Of a stretch of DNA of 64,000 bases, positions 11,423-20,692 are shown piece by piece. Source of the stretch: Candidatus Eiseniibacteriota bacterium. Its GTDB lineage: Bacteria > Eisenbacteria > RBG-16-71-46 > JABDJR01 > JAWXBZ01. The first letter of the stretch is position 1, and the number at the start of each line of letters is the position of its first letter. Location of the stretch: the NCBI GenBank assembly GCA_034440375.1, contig JAWXBZ010000105.1, positions 9,431-73,430 on the forward strand. The letters are read 5' to 3'. A program made the position numbers and the translations under genes. The notes below the pieces were generated by a model. It ran no database searches, was not told the origin of the DNA, and saw nothing but the letters and a program-made list of their open reading frames with translations.

Positions 11423-12129
11423 TGCCCGGGGAGCCGATCGTCGCGGCGAGCGACGAATCGTTCCTGATCCGCCTTGGCGAGACCGTGACACCCGAAACGA
11501 ATCGACGGGTTCAGGCGGTGACCGAACAACTCCTCCTGCAGGCACCGGGCTGGCTGCGCAACTGCCATCCCGGTTACGTCAATCTGCTGGTCGAGTTTGA
11601 TTGCCTGGCGATTGATGCGGGAGAAGTGCGTCGTTACCTCTTGAAGCTCCTCGAGGCGACGACCAGCGCGACACCGCTCCCAGCGGCACGGCGCCTCGAA
11701 ATCGCGGTCTTGTACGATGCCGAGTTCGGCCCGGACCTGGCCCACGTGGCCGCCCACCATGGCCTCACGACGGATGAGGTGATCCGGCGACACACGGCGC
11801 CCGACTACCATGTGCACTTTCTCGGATTCTGCCCCGGCTTCGCCTATCTCGGCGGACTCGATTCCGGCCTGGCAACCCCCCGACTGGCCTCGCCACGCAT
11901 CCGCATCCCGGCAGGAAGCGTCGGAATCGGAGGCGAACAGACCGGTGTCTACCCGGTGGCCTCCCCCGGCGGCTGGCGATTGATCGGCCGCACGCCGGTC
12001 AGGATTTTCGATCCGACGATCGAGCCGGCCGTCCTCCTCGCCATCGGCGACATCATCCGGTTTCGATCGATCACCAGGGTCGAGTTCAACGCGTGGCCCC
12101 CCGCTGCCGATCGTGGCACAGGGGGCTGA
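11422..12129 (+). CDS. pxpB: 5-oxoprolinase subunit B
   Basis: FGPDL, FLGFCPGFAYLGGL, PR..IPAGSVGIGG.QTGVYP..SPGGW.LIGRTP; adjacent to pxpC and pxpA. Confidence 0.92.
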   Translation: MPGEPIVAASDESFLIRLGETVTPETNRRVQAVTEQLLLQAPGWLRNCHPGYVNLLVEFDCLAIDAGEVRRYLLKLLEATTSATPLPAARRLEIAVLYDAEFGPDLAHVAAHHGLTTDEVIRRHTAPDYHVHFLGFCPGFAYLGGLDSGLATPRLASPRIRIPAGSVGIGGEQTGVYPVASPGGWRLIGRTPVRIFDPTIEPAVLLAIGDIIRFRSITRVEFNAWPPAADRGTGG

Positions 12130-13085
12130 TGATGAGTTTTCTTGTCGTGGAGCGGCCGGGAATCCTGACAACCATCCAGGATCCCGGGCGGCCCGGCCTG
12201 GCTCATCTCGGCATCTCGATGTCGGGTGCAGCAGACGATTTATCGATGCGCCTGGCCAATCGGCTGGTCGGAAACGTTGATCGCGCCCCTGTCCTTGAGA
12301 TGACGCTGATCGGCGGCCAGTACGCCTTTCACGGTCCGGCCCACATCGCCCTGACGGGAGCCCCGATGCCGCTCCGGCTGGCCGGAGCCCCCGTGCCCAT
12401 GTGGCGAACGCTGGCCGTTCGCGCCGGCGAGCGACTGACAATCGAAGGAACAGCCACCGGTGCCCGCGCCTACCTGGCTGTCCGGGGAGGCATCGACGTG
12501 ACGCTCCTCTTTGGCAGTGCCTCGACACATCTCGTGAGCGGAGTGGGCGGCCTCGGCCGTGCCCTTCGGGCCGGCGACATGCTGGGCTTCGGCACCTCGG
12601 GTTTCGAGCGCCAGCCCCCGGCCGATGGCCCGCCCCCGGGCCTCGACCGGCTTATCGAGCGCCTGTCGGCGGATCGAGCGATCCGCATCACACCCGGCCC
12701 GCAGGCCGACTGGTTCACCGACGCGGCGCGGCAATCGATGGCTCTCGATACCTGGACGGTTCACGACCACTCTGACCGAATGGGCATCCGCCTGATCGGG
12801 CGGGCGATCGAACGCCATCGGCTTGATGAGCTCCTGACCGAGGGGGTGACGCTCGGGGCGATCCAGGTGCTGCCCGATGGCCAGACGGTTCTTCTCTTCG
12901 TGGAGCACCAGACCACCGGCGGCTACCCGAAGATCGCCAACCTCGCGGCCGTCGACCGGCACCGGGCCGGCCAGCTCCGGCCACAGGCCCGGGTTCGGTT
13001 CGAATGGATTGACTTTGGTAAGGCCAGGCAACAACTGCGGGAGCAGGAGGCGGCCCTCGAGGCCTGTCTTCCGGGGGTCGTGTGA
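12129..13085 (+). CDS. pxpC: 5-oxoprolinase subunit C (biotin-dependent carboxyltransferase family)
   Basis: TTIQDPGR, LANRLVGN, GARAYLAVRGG, SDRMGIRL, QTTGGYPKI; ATG 12129 overlaps the pxpB stop. Confidence 0.92.
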   Translation: MMSFLVVERPGILTTIQDPGRPGLAHLGISMSGAADDLSMRLANRLVGNVDRAPVLEMTLIGGQYAFHGPAHIALTGAPMPLRLAGAPVPMWRTLAVRAGERLTIEGTATGARAYLAVRGGIDVTLLFGSASTHLVSGVGGLGRALRAGDMLGFGTSGFERQPPADGPPPGLDRLIERLSADRAIRITPGPQADWFTDAARQSMALDTWTVHDHSDRMGIRLIGRAIERHRLDELLTEGVTLGAIQVLPDGQTVLLFVEHQTTGGYPKIANLAAVDRHRAGQLRPQARVRFEWIDFGKARQQLREQEAALEACLPGVV

Positions 13086-13885
13086 CGGCCAGCATGGATC
13101 TGAATGCCGACGTTGGCGAATCGCCATCCGCACTGGCGGACGGCTCGGAGGAGCGGCTGATCGCGATGGTCAGTTCGGTCAATGTCGCCTGCGGTGGTCA
13201 TGCCGGCGATCACGCCTCGATGCACGCGGTGGTGATGCTGGCGATGCGTCACGGCGTCGCCGTCGGCGCACACCCGGCCTATCCGGATCGCCGGAACTTC
13301 GGCCGCCGCGAACTGGACATGAGCCACGTAGATCTCACGGCATCGATCAAAAGGCAGGTGACCGACTTCGTGAACATCGCCGGCTCGCTGGGGACGACGA
13401 TCCGACACATCAAGCCTCACGGGGCCCTCTACAACGCGGCGGCCCACGATCGGCCTGTGGCGGAATTGATCGGGCAGTGTCTCCTGCCGTGGCGCGGGCG
13501 TGTCCATCTGGTCGGCCTGGCCGGATCGATCATGCTCGAGGTCTGGGCATCCATGGGATTCCGGGTGGCCGCCGAGGCCTTCGCCGACCGTCGCTACGAG
13601 CCCGACGGCCGGCTGCGCTCGCGCGAGCATGACGATGCCCTGATCCACGACAAGGCGGATGCGGCGCGTCAGGCGATCCAGATTGCGGAGCAGGGCACCG
13701 TGCTTGCCCTCGACGGCTCGGTTCATGCGTGCCGCGCCGACACCATCTGCCTGCACGGTGACGCGGCGGGTGCGATGGAGCGGGTAATCGAAGTTCGGCG
13801 TGCCCTGGAAGCGGGGGGCATCCGAATCGCCGCGCCATGGCCCGTATTCGGATCGCCCTTGAATACGCCCCCCGGTGTACCATGA
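13082..13885 (+). CDS. pxpA: 5-oxoprolinase subunit A (LamB/YcsF family)
   Basis: DLNADVGE, NVACGGHAGD, GAHP.YPDR..FGRR, HIKPHGALYN, EAFADRRY, TICLHGD. Confidence 0.95.
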   Translation: MTASMDLNADVGESPSALADGSEERLIAMVSSVNVACGGHAGDHASMHAVVMLAMRHGVAVGAHPAYPDRRNFGRRELDMSHVDLTASIKRQVTDFVNIAGSLGTTIRHIKPHGALYNAAAHDRPVAELIGQCLLPWRGRVHLVGLAGSIMLEVWASMGFRVAAEAFADRRYEPDGRLRSREHDDALIHDKADAARQAIQIAEQGTVLALDGSVHACRADTICLHGDAAGAMERVIEVRRALEAGGIRIAAPWPVFGSPLNTPPGVP

Positions 13886-13906
13886 CCTTCTCCCGGGGAG
13901 TACGCG

Positions 13907-16900
13907 ATGGCCGGAACACGTTTTAATGTCGTCGATGCGCGCCTGGCGCGCCCGAGATTGCCGCAGGTGCTGGAGCGTAGCCGGCTCCTCGATCAGATCC
14001 GTACCGGCCTTCTTGAATTTCCCCTGACACTGATCACGGCCGGCGCCGGCTACGGGAAAACCACCCTCATGGCGTCCGCGGCCGAACTCAACCCGGACGG
14101 CACCCTCTGGTACTCCCTCGGCGAGGAGGATGCCGACCTCACGCGATTCCTGCAGCACATCGCCGCGGCGCTCCAACGTCGCAATCGGCGGCATGGCCGG
14201 GGCTTGAGCGCCCTCCTGGGCGAAGGGGCGGTGGGTGCCCGATCGGCCACGGCCGCGGCCGGAGCGTTGCTGAACGACTTCGAGAGGATTCGCGAACCGC
14301 TGATCCTGGCCATCGACGATCTTCACCTGGTGAGCGGCTCGACCGAAATCAGCCAGTTCCTGGAAACGCTGGTCGAGAACAATCGCACCCTTGTCCACCT
14401 GATGCTGGCCACCCGGACCGAACCACCGCTTCCACTCGGCCGATTACGGGCAAGGCGAATGATATTCGAGCTGGGTTCCGCGGATCTGGCGTTCACGTCG
14501 GACGAGATGCGCTCACTTCTCGAGGAAGTCCATCATCGCCCCGTGTCCGAATCGGATCTGGAGTTTCTCACCCGATTCACGGAAGGATGGGTCACGCCGA
14601 TCCAGCTGGCGCTTCAGGCGGGTCGCACGCTGGCTCCCCAGGACTTGCCGCGAGCGCTGGAGCGAGCCATGGCCTCCGGCGCGACGCTCCATGACTATCT
14701 GGCCGTCGAGATCCTGGATCGACAGTCGCCCGAATGGCGACGCTGGATCCTGGAGAGTTCGCCCTTCGAGGAGATCGAGCCCGATCTGCTTCGGTCGGTC
14801 CTTGGTGAGTCGGATCCGGAAGGACGCCTGCGCGAGCTGCTGCGAAAGAGCCTGATTCAGGCGTTTGAGAGTGATTCCGGGATCGTGTACCGGTACCACA
14901 CGCTCCTGCGTGATCTGTTCATGCGGCGATTTCGCGCGGAGCTGCCGGAGGCCGATCGTGAAAAGCTCCACACGTCGGCAGCGGCCTGGTTTCGACGCCG
15001 GGGCGATCTGGTCGCGGCGGCACGGCAGCTGGCCTTCCTCGAGGATCGGACGGCGCTGGCGGAGTTTCTTCGCGCCGAGGCCCTGACGCTGCTCGACTCG
15101 GGGCAGTACCAGGCCCTGGCCCACTGGTTGGAACAGTTACCCCCCGGGCTGCTTGACGAAGACCCCTGGCTCCGGTTGCGCCGGGGCGATGCCCGCCACT
15201 ATCTCGGCGACTGGCCGGGCGCCGAGCTTGACTACGAACGGGCCCAGGCCCTCTTCCAGGATCAGGGAGACACGAGCGGCGAAGCCTGGACGACCCTTGG
15301 CCTCGCGCGACTCTGGAATCTTCGGGGTCAATCCCGACGGGCCGTGGAGGAAGGCGAGGCGGCTTTGGGCACGCTCACCGACTCGGGCGATCGCTCGTCG
15401 GAAGAGCTGGAGGTTCGGCTATTGAAGGTCGTTTCCGGTGCCCATTACTACCTGGGGCAGTATGCGGACGCCATTCGCCGACTCGATCGACTGGAGGAAC
15501 TGGCACGAGGGCACGCGGAGCGACAGGCCGTCGTCTGGAACAATCGCGCGGTGGTGCACGCCAGCCAGGGCAACTTTCCGGCCGCTGCCGCGGCCTTTGA
15601 AAAGGGATTGCGGCGTCCCGGCGCCCGACAATCGCCGCGGGCCGCGCTTCACCTGTCGAATCTCGGACTCCTGCTGAACGAAATGGGGGATCCGGAGCGT
15701 GCCCGGCCGCTCTTCGATGAGGCGCTCCGTCGAGCCCGGCGCTGGCAGAATCGGAGTCACATCCTCTCGGCGCTGCTCGGGCAGGCGCACCTGAACTATC
15801 GGTTGGGAAACATGGAGGCGTGTCTTGCGCGCCTGCGGGAGGCGGATGAGCTCAACGAGGAGCTTCGGATCCCGCTCCTCAAGTCCGATGCCCTGGCCCT
15901 CCGATCGCGCGTCCTGGCAGAGGCCGGCCAGTTTGCGGCGGCGCGCGAGCTGCTGCGGAGCGGGCTTGCCGCCTACGGCCCGGCCACGCGCGATTCGCAC
16001 TGGCTGCTGTACCGGGTGGAGGATGCCGTGCTCGACCTTCGTGCCGGACGGTTGGAGGAAGCCTATGCCGCCCTCACGGAACTGCGTCCAGTGGCCTTCG
16101 AACTCGAGGCACTCTTTCCCCGGATGCGACTTCTCTTCCACCGCGGCGAGGCGGCGCGCCAGCTGGGGCTCGATTCCGCCGAAGAGGAAATGTCCGAAGC
16201 CCTCGGCCTCGGCCGATCACTCGGATATGACGCCTTTCTGCGGGCCGAATTTCGGCGCGATACGGCGCCCTTCTTCTACCTTCTGCGGCGAGGCCGGGAA
16301 TGCGAGTTCATCGCCCGGCTGGCAGCGGGCGCCGGCTCGACGCTCGAGCTGGAGATTCTCCAGATGGCCGGGGAGGAGTCGCTGCCGCCCGAAGCCGGAC
16401 GCGCCATTCTTCAAATCCTGGGTGAAATCGGCGGTCCCTCAAGCCATCGGCGCATCAGTGCGTCCGCCTGGGCCGCGGACGGAGCGCTGGTCCGCTCGGC
16501 GCGCGCGGCCCTGGAGGCCATCGAACGGCGGCACCCCGAAAGCCGGACGCTGAAGTCCTCAGGCCTCCCTGGCCTGCGCCTGACAACGCTCGGCCCGCTG
16601 CACCTCTTTGGACCTCTCGGCGAGATCGAGCCGGCGCGGTGGCGGTCACAGCGGGCCCTGTCAATCTTCCTCTACCTGGCCATGCGGGGCGGGCGCGGGG
16701 TGCCCCGGGATCGCCTGGTCGAACTCTTCTGGCCGGGACGGCAGCGGCGCAGTGCCCAGGGCAATTTTCATCCGACTCTCTCCTACATCCGGGGCGCCCT
16801 CCGCGACGTCAGCGAGGGTCAGGTCGTGGTCGTCCGGAATGCGCTGTACCAGCTCGATCCCGACCTCCTCCTGACAATTGATGCCCATCGCTTCGAGGCC

Positions 16901-17314
16901 CTGGCTGTTGAAGGACGCACGAGGACCAAACCGGCGGACCGGATCAAGACGCTGGAGGAGGCGGTAGCCCTGTATCAGGGCGATTTCCTGGATGGCCGCG
17001 ATGAGCCCTGGACGGACGAAATCCGCACCCGACTGGCACTTGGCTTCGAAAATGTGCTGGCGGCGCTGGCGGCGCTGCTGGTCCAGGGCAACGAGCCAGC
17101 CCGGGCCATTCCCGTCTGCCGGCGCCTCCTGGACCGGAGCCCCTACCGGGAAGAGGTTCACGTCCGCCTGATGGGGTGCTACAATCTGATTGGCGATCGT
17201 CATGCAATACTCGAGCATTACCGACGACTGACGCGCCTGCTTCGCGAGGACCTGGGATCCGAGCCGCTCCCGGAAACGACTCGCTCGTACGAATCCTTGA
17301 TTGCCGCAACTTAA
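13907..17314 (+). CDS. Large transcriptional regulator: MalT-type STAND ATPase, TPR array, C-terminal winged helix and BTAD domain
   Basis: Walker A AGAGYGKTT, Walker B LILAIDDLH, LATRTEP, TEGW, YRYHTLLRD; TPR-like repeats; C-terminal LTTLGPL..LVELFWP..IDAHRFE..LYQGDFL..PYREEVH..LMGCY (SARP/BTAD). Confidence 0.88.
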   Translation: MAGTRFNVVDARLARPRLPQVLERSRLLDQIRTGLLEFPLTLITAGAGYGKTTLMASAAELNPDGTLWYSLGEEDADLTRFLQHIAAALQRRNRRHGRGLSALLGEGAVGARSATAAAGALLNDFERIREPLILAIDDLHLVSGSTEISQFLETLVENNRTLVHLMLATRTEPPLPLGRLRARRMIFELGSADLAFTSDEMRSLLEEVHHRPVSESDLEFLTRFTEGWVTPIQLALQAGRTLAPQDLPRALERAMASGATLHDYLAVEILDRQSPEWRRWILESSPFEEIEPDLLRSVLGESDPEGRLRELLRKSLIQAFESDSGIVYRYHTLLRDLFMRRFRAELPEADREKLHTSAAAWFRRRGDLVAAARQLAFLEDRTALAEFLRAEALTLLDSGQYQALAHWLEQLPPGLLDEDPWLRLRRGDARHYLGDWPGAELDYERAQALFQDQGDTSGEAWTTLGLARLWNLRGQSRRAVEEGEAALGTLTDSGDRSSEELEVRLLKVVSGAHYYLGQYADAIRRLDRLEELARGHAERQAVVWNNRAVVHASQGNFPAAAAAFEKGLRRPGARQSPRAALHLSNLGLLLNEMGDPERARPLFDEALRRARRWQNRSHILSALLGQAHLNYRLGNMEACLARLREADELNEELRIPLLKSDALALRSRVLAEAGQFAAARELLRSGLAAYGPATRDSHWLLYRVEDAVLDLRAGRLEEAYAALTELRPVAFELEALFPRMRLLFHRGEAARQLGLDSAEEEMSEALGLGRSLGYDAFLRAEFRRDTAPFFYLLRRGRECEFIARLAAGAGSTLELEILQMAGEESLPPEAGRAILQILGEIGGPSSHRRISASAWAADGALVRSARAALEAIERRHPESRTLKSSGLPGLRLTTLGPLHLFGPLGEIEPARWRSQRALSIFLYLAMRGGRGVPRDRLVELFWPGRQRRSAQGNFHPTLSYIRGALRDVSEGQVVVVRNALYQLDPDLLLTIDAHRFEALAVEGRTRTKPADRIKTLEEAVALYQGDFLDGRDEPWTDEIRTRLALGFENVLAALAALLVQGNEPARAIPVCRRLLDRSPYREEVHVRLMGCYNLIGDRHAILEHYRRLTRLLREDLGSEPLPETTRSYESLIAAT

Positions 17315-17326
17315 GGTGTCTAAAGG

Positions 17327-19900
17327 ATGAGATCGGGCAACGGCCGGACCGTGACCAGAATCCAGATTCCATTTCGCGCCATCGTCCTCCTGGCATGCGT
17401 CCTGCTGCCTGCTGCCCTTCCCGCCCCCGCAGTCGCCTCGGAACCCTGGATGTGGGATCAGGACGAGGACGGCATCGACGATCGACTGACGGCCACATTC
17501 CAGCAGGGGATTTCCGCCGCCTACGAGAATGGCGATCCGGAAGGCCGGCTGCGGTTCGACGTATCAACTCTGAACAACGCGCTCCAGTACGGCGGCTACA
17601 TCCTGTATGACCACCCGCCGACCACGCTTGACAGCCTGGCCCTGGCAGGCGCCGGCGCCGAGGTCATCACGCGGTTCATCTCGGTGCCCTACATCCGCGT
17701 GCGGGCACTCTACCCGAGCCTGGTCGCCATTGCCGCCCAACCCGGCGTGGAGCGCGTCGAAGCGGTGACGCTGATGTTCCCCACCAACTGGAGGACCACC
17801 GGTGCCGTCGGCATCCGAGGTGGCGGAAGCGGCGCGGCTCCGGCACTTCACGAACTCGGTGGCCCCACCGGCAGTGGCTCGGTCGTGGCGATTCTCGATA
17901 CGGGAATCAATGACACGCCGATCGGTGCCTATCCCGGCCATTCCGACATTGCCGGAAAAGTACTGGGGGGCAGCTCCTACTCCGGACCCGGCCCACTCGG
18001 TTACACGAACTGGGGATCCAGCGTCAATCCGGCCCAGTCGACGCCCGGCCTGTCGAGCTACCACGCCACCCACGTCGCGGGGACCATCGCCGGAGCCGGC
18101 CGCGACCGAACATTTGGCGGCATGGCGCCCGACGCGCGACTGGTCGACGTCAAGGTGCTGGATGACTCTGGAACGGGGTACGGCCTGGCGGAGGGGCTTG
18201 AGTGGTGTCTCCAGAACCGGACCCGCGTCTGGGACCCCACGCACACGGGCATCGACGTCATCAACCTGAGTCTCACCTCGATCGATCCCTCGGACGGTCA
18301 GGATTGTGTCTGCCGGCTGGTCAATGCCGCCGCCGCCAGTGGAATCGTTGTCGTGGCCGCCGCCGGCAATGATGGTCGTTGTAAATTCATCCCCGCGCCA
18401 GGTGCCGCGGATCAGGCCATCACCGTCGGTGCCCTCGATCTGGATGTCGCATCGGCATCGAGCCGGCCGGCGCTCGCCACCTTTTCCAACGACGGTCCGC
18501 GAAACGACGACCTGGATGGCGGTCACGCCGACGAACTGAAACCCGACCTGGTGGCACCGGGCACCCAGATCGCCGCCGCCTGGGGCGCCCCGCTCGGCAC
18601 GGGCCAGGGTTGGCGCCGGAGCAGCGGGACGAGCATGGCGGCTGCCACCGTTTCGGGCGTGGTGGCCCTGCTTCGCGAGACCAGCCCCACCGCGTCGCCC
18701 GATCAGATCCGAGAGATACTCCGCCGGACGGCCCGGCACCGGACCGACACCACCCTCGGTTGTTCCATCGGCGCCGATCCGTACGGGATCGAGCCGGACT
18801 GGCGGGCCGGCTTCGGCTTCGGCGAACTGGATGCCCTCGCCGCCTGGGAAGAGCTGGTTCATGAGACAACCACCCAGTATGTAAACCTGTCAGCGGAGTT
18901 CCAGGCCGGTTCGGGTGAGATCGAATTCGCCTGGACCACGCAGCGGGAGTCCGGAACCACCAGTTTCCTGGTCGAGCGGGCCGATGATCTGGGCGGCGCA
19001 CCGGGAACATTCACGCCGGTTTCGCCGGCTGTTCCGGCGGTCGGCTTTTCCAATCTCGCCCTGGGCAACCGGACGACCTATCTCTGGTCCGACCCGGTGC
19101 CGGCCGGTCGCAAATTCTGGTACCGGGCGCGTACGCTGGGCGGCCCCACGACCATATCGTCGTCGATCCCGGCTCGAAGCGAGGACCCCATAGGGCGTGC
19201 GGAGATCACCTTCTGGCACAACCGCCCGGAACTCGATTGGACGATGCAGTTCGGTTCCGGTCCCTGGATTGCCCCGCCGGATTGGAGCTCACCCCTGGCG
19301 ATCGACGCGGACCTGAACTCCGCAGCACCCTTGCCCAGCGCCGATCCCGAGGACAAGTACCAGGGGATCCTGGTTCGATCCCTCTATGCCAGCGACATCC
19401 CCGCGTGGCTCCTGCCTCCGTCTGCATCCCACCCCTGGTGGTTCGAAACCCTGGAAGGCAACTCGCCCGATCATTCGGGGCTGGTCACCGACTTCCGAAT
19501 TGTGGTGGGGATGACTCTGTACCAGTCGTCAGACCCGATGCCACAGTTGACCATCGAGGGTTCGCCCACCGTTGTTGTCATCCCGACGATCACCATCTCG
19601 GGGACGATGGCCAATGGGGCACCGGACGCCGGGCCCCGTTGGCTGCGCGTGCGGGTCAACCCGGCCCGTGGCCCGGTTCAACTGAACCTTCCGCCTGGCA
19701 GCGATGCCTCGACCCTGACCATTCTTGATATCCAGGGACGCATCGTGCGCCGCTTGCCGATTCCGGCTACGGCTGGTGAGTCCGTCGTCACCTGGGACGG
19801 GAGCAATGAGTCCGGCGAGGAGACGCCCTCCGGCCGCTATTTCGCTCGGCTCGACGATGGCACCACGCGACAGGTTGTGGGCGTGGTCCGGATTCGCTGA
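17327..19900 (+). CDS. Secreted S8 (subtilisin-like) serine peptidase with a C-terminal FlgD/T9SS-like domain
   Basis: Signal peptide; catalytic triad VAILDTG, HATHVAG, GTSMAA; oxyanion AAGN; KPDLVAPG; C-terminus ILDIQGRIVR..WDG..GRYFARL. Confidence 0.9.
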   Translation: MRSGNGRTVTRIQIPFRAIVLLACVLLPAALPAPAVASEPWMWDQDEDGIDDRLTATFQQGISAAYENGDPEGRLRFDVSTLNNALQYGGYILYDHPPTTLDSLALAGAGAEVITRFISVPYIRVRALYPSLVAIAAQPGVERVEAVTLMFPTNWRTTGAVGIRGGGSGAAPALHELGGPTGSGSVVAILDTGINDTPIGAYPGHSDIAGKVLGGSSYSGPGPLGYTNWGSSVNPAQSTPGLSSYHATHVAGTIAGAGRDRTFGGMAPDARLVDVKVLDDSGTGYGLAEGLEWCLQNRTRVWDPTHTGIDVINLSLTSIDPSDGQDCVCRLVNAAAASGIVVVAAAGNDGRCKFIPAPGAADQAITVGALDLDVASASSRPALATFSNDGPRNDDLDGGHADELKPDLVAPGTQIAAAWGAPLGTGQGWRRSSGTSMAAATVSGVVALLRETSPTASPDQIREILRRTARHRTDTTLGCSIGADPYGIEPDWRAGFGFGELDALAAWEELVHETTTQYVNLSAEFQAGSGEIEFAWTTQRESGTTSFLVERADDLGGAPGTFTPVSPAVPAVGFSNLALGNRTTYLWSDPVPAGRKFWYRARTLGGPTTISSSIPARSEDPIGRAEITFWHNRPELDWTMQFGSGPWIAPPDWSSPLAIDADLNSAAPLPSADPEDKYQGILVRSLYASDIPAWLLPPSASHPWWFETLEGNSPDHSGLVTDFRIVVGMTLYQSSDPMPQLTIEGSPTVVVIPTITISGTMANGAPDAGPRWLRVRVNPARGPVQLNLPPGSDASTLTILDIQGRIVRRLPIPATAGESVVTWDGSNESGEETPSGRYFARLDDGTTRQVVGVVRIR

Positions 19901-20022
19901 TCAAACGAACCTGGCTGTTGCTACCCCTCCTGGATGCATGAACGGATCCATGTTCAATCATTTTATGTAAGTTAATTGTTTTCAACAAGATGTGGCCTTC
20001 CGGCTTGAATTAAATCCCGGTT

Positions 20023-20044
20023 ACTCAATACCCACTCAATACCC
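20023..20044. repeat. Perfect 11-bp tandem direct repeat (ACTCAATACCC x2), candidate activator site
   Basis: ACTCAATACCC at 20023-20033 and 20034-20044 in an AT-rich intergenic region, about 75 nt upstream of the 20120 start. Confidence 0.8.
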
Positions 20045-20119
20045 CCCCGACAAACTTCCTCCTGTCAGTCACCCAGAGCCGGATGGCTGGTCCGATGGCC
20101 CCACCGAGGAGGTTTCAAG

Positions 20120-20692
20120 ATGCATCGCTTGACGTGCAAGGCGAGTCGCGCCGCCCAAATCATCCCACTGGTCCTGGTGGCCGGGGCGATGGCGCTGTCG
20201 ATTCAAGCATTTCGATCCGGATCAACCGACAACTCCGGAGTGACGCCCGCCCTTGTCACTCCGAATTACGAAGTCTCGACCTGCAACCTGCGTCATCCGA
20301 TCGAAGCCCGGCTGGTGCCGCAGGGCGCAATGACCCGGGGCGGCACGGTGCGCGTGGCGCTCGAGGTTGAGGCCACGGTGTCCCTTTCCGCCGCCGAGGC
20401 CCGAATCCTCTCCAGCGGCGGGGCCACGATTCTCGGACGTCAGCGGGCCGAACTCGGAACACTCGACGCCGGTGATGTCCGGCGCATCGAGTTCACCCTG
20501 CGTCTTCCGGAGAACGGCCGGCGGTTCGTTCTACAAGTTCTGACCACCGGCGAATCAACCACCGGCCCGATGAATCGTCTGGCGATGCTGAACATCCTGC
20601 CCGACGGCCCGGCCGATCCGGGGCAGGTCGTGACAACCCCCACCGGCGAATCGATCCGCCAGTACGCCTCGAGCGGGCGGAGGATCAACTGA
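20120..20692 (+). CDS. Hypothetical exported or membrane-anchored beta-sandwich protein
   Basis: GAGGAGG RBS; hydrophobic N-terminal segment; beta-rich body; stop overlaps the next start (TGATG). Confidence 0.7.
   Translation: MHRLTCKASRAAQIIPLVLVAGAMALSIQAFRSGSTDNSGVTPALVTPNYEVSTCNLRHPIEARLVPQGAMTRGGTVRVALEVEATVSLSAAEARILSSGGATILGRQRAELGTLDAGDVRRIEFTLRLPENGRRFVLQVLTTGESTTGPMNRLAMLNILPDGPADPGQVVTTPTGESIRQYASSGRRIN

Noticed and set aside
12923-14398. 491-aa minus-strand ORF and many similar long overlapping ORFs (e.g. 17564-18862, 21208-22371, 36302-37405)
   Set aside because: Shadow frames expected in high-GC DNA; they lie opposite well-supported genes and have no recognisable motifs.
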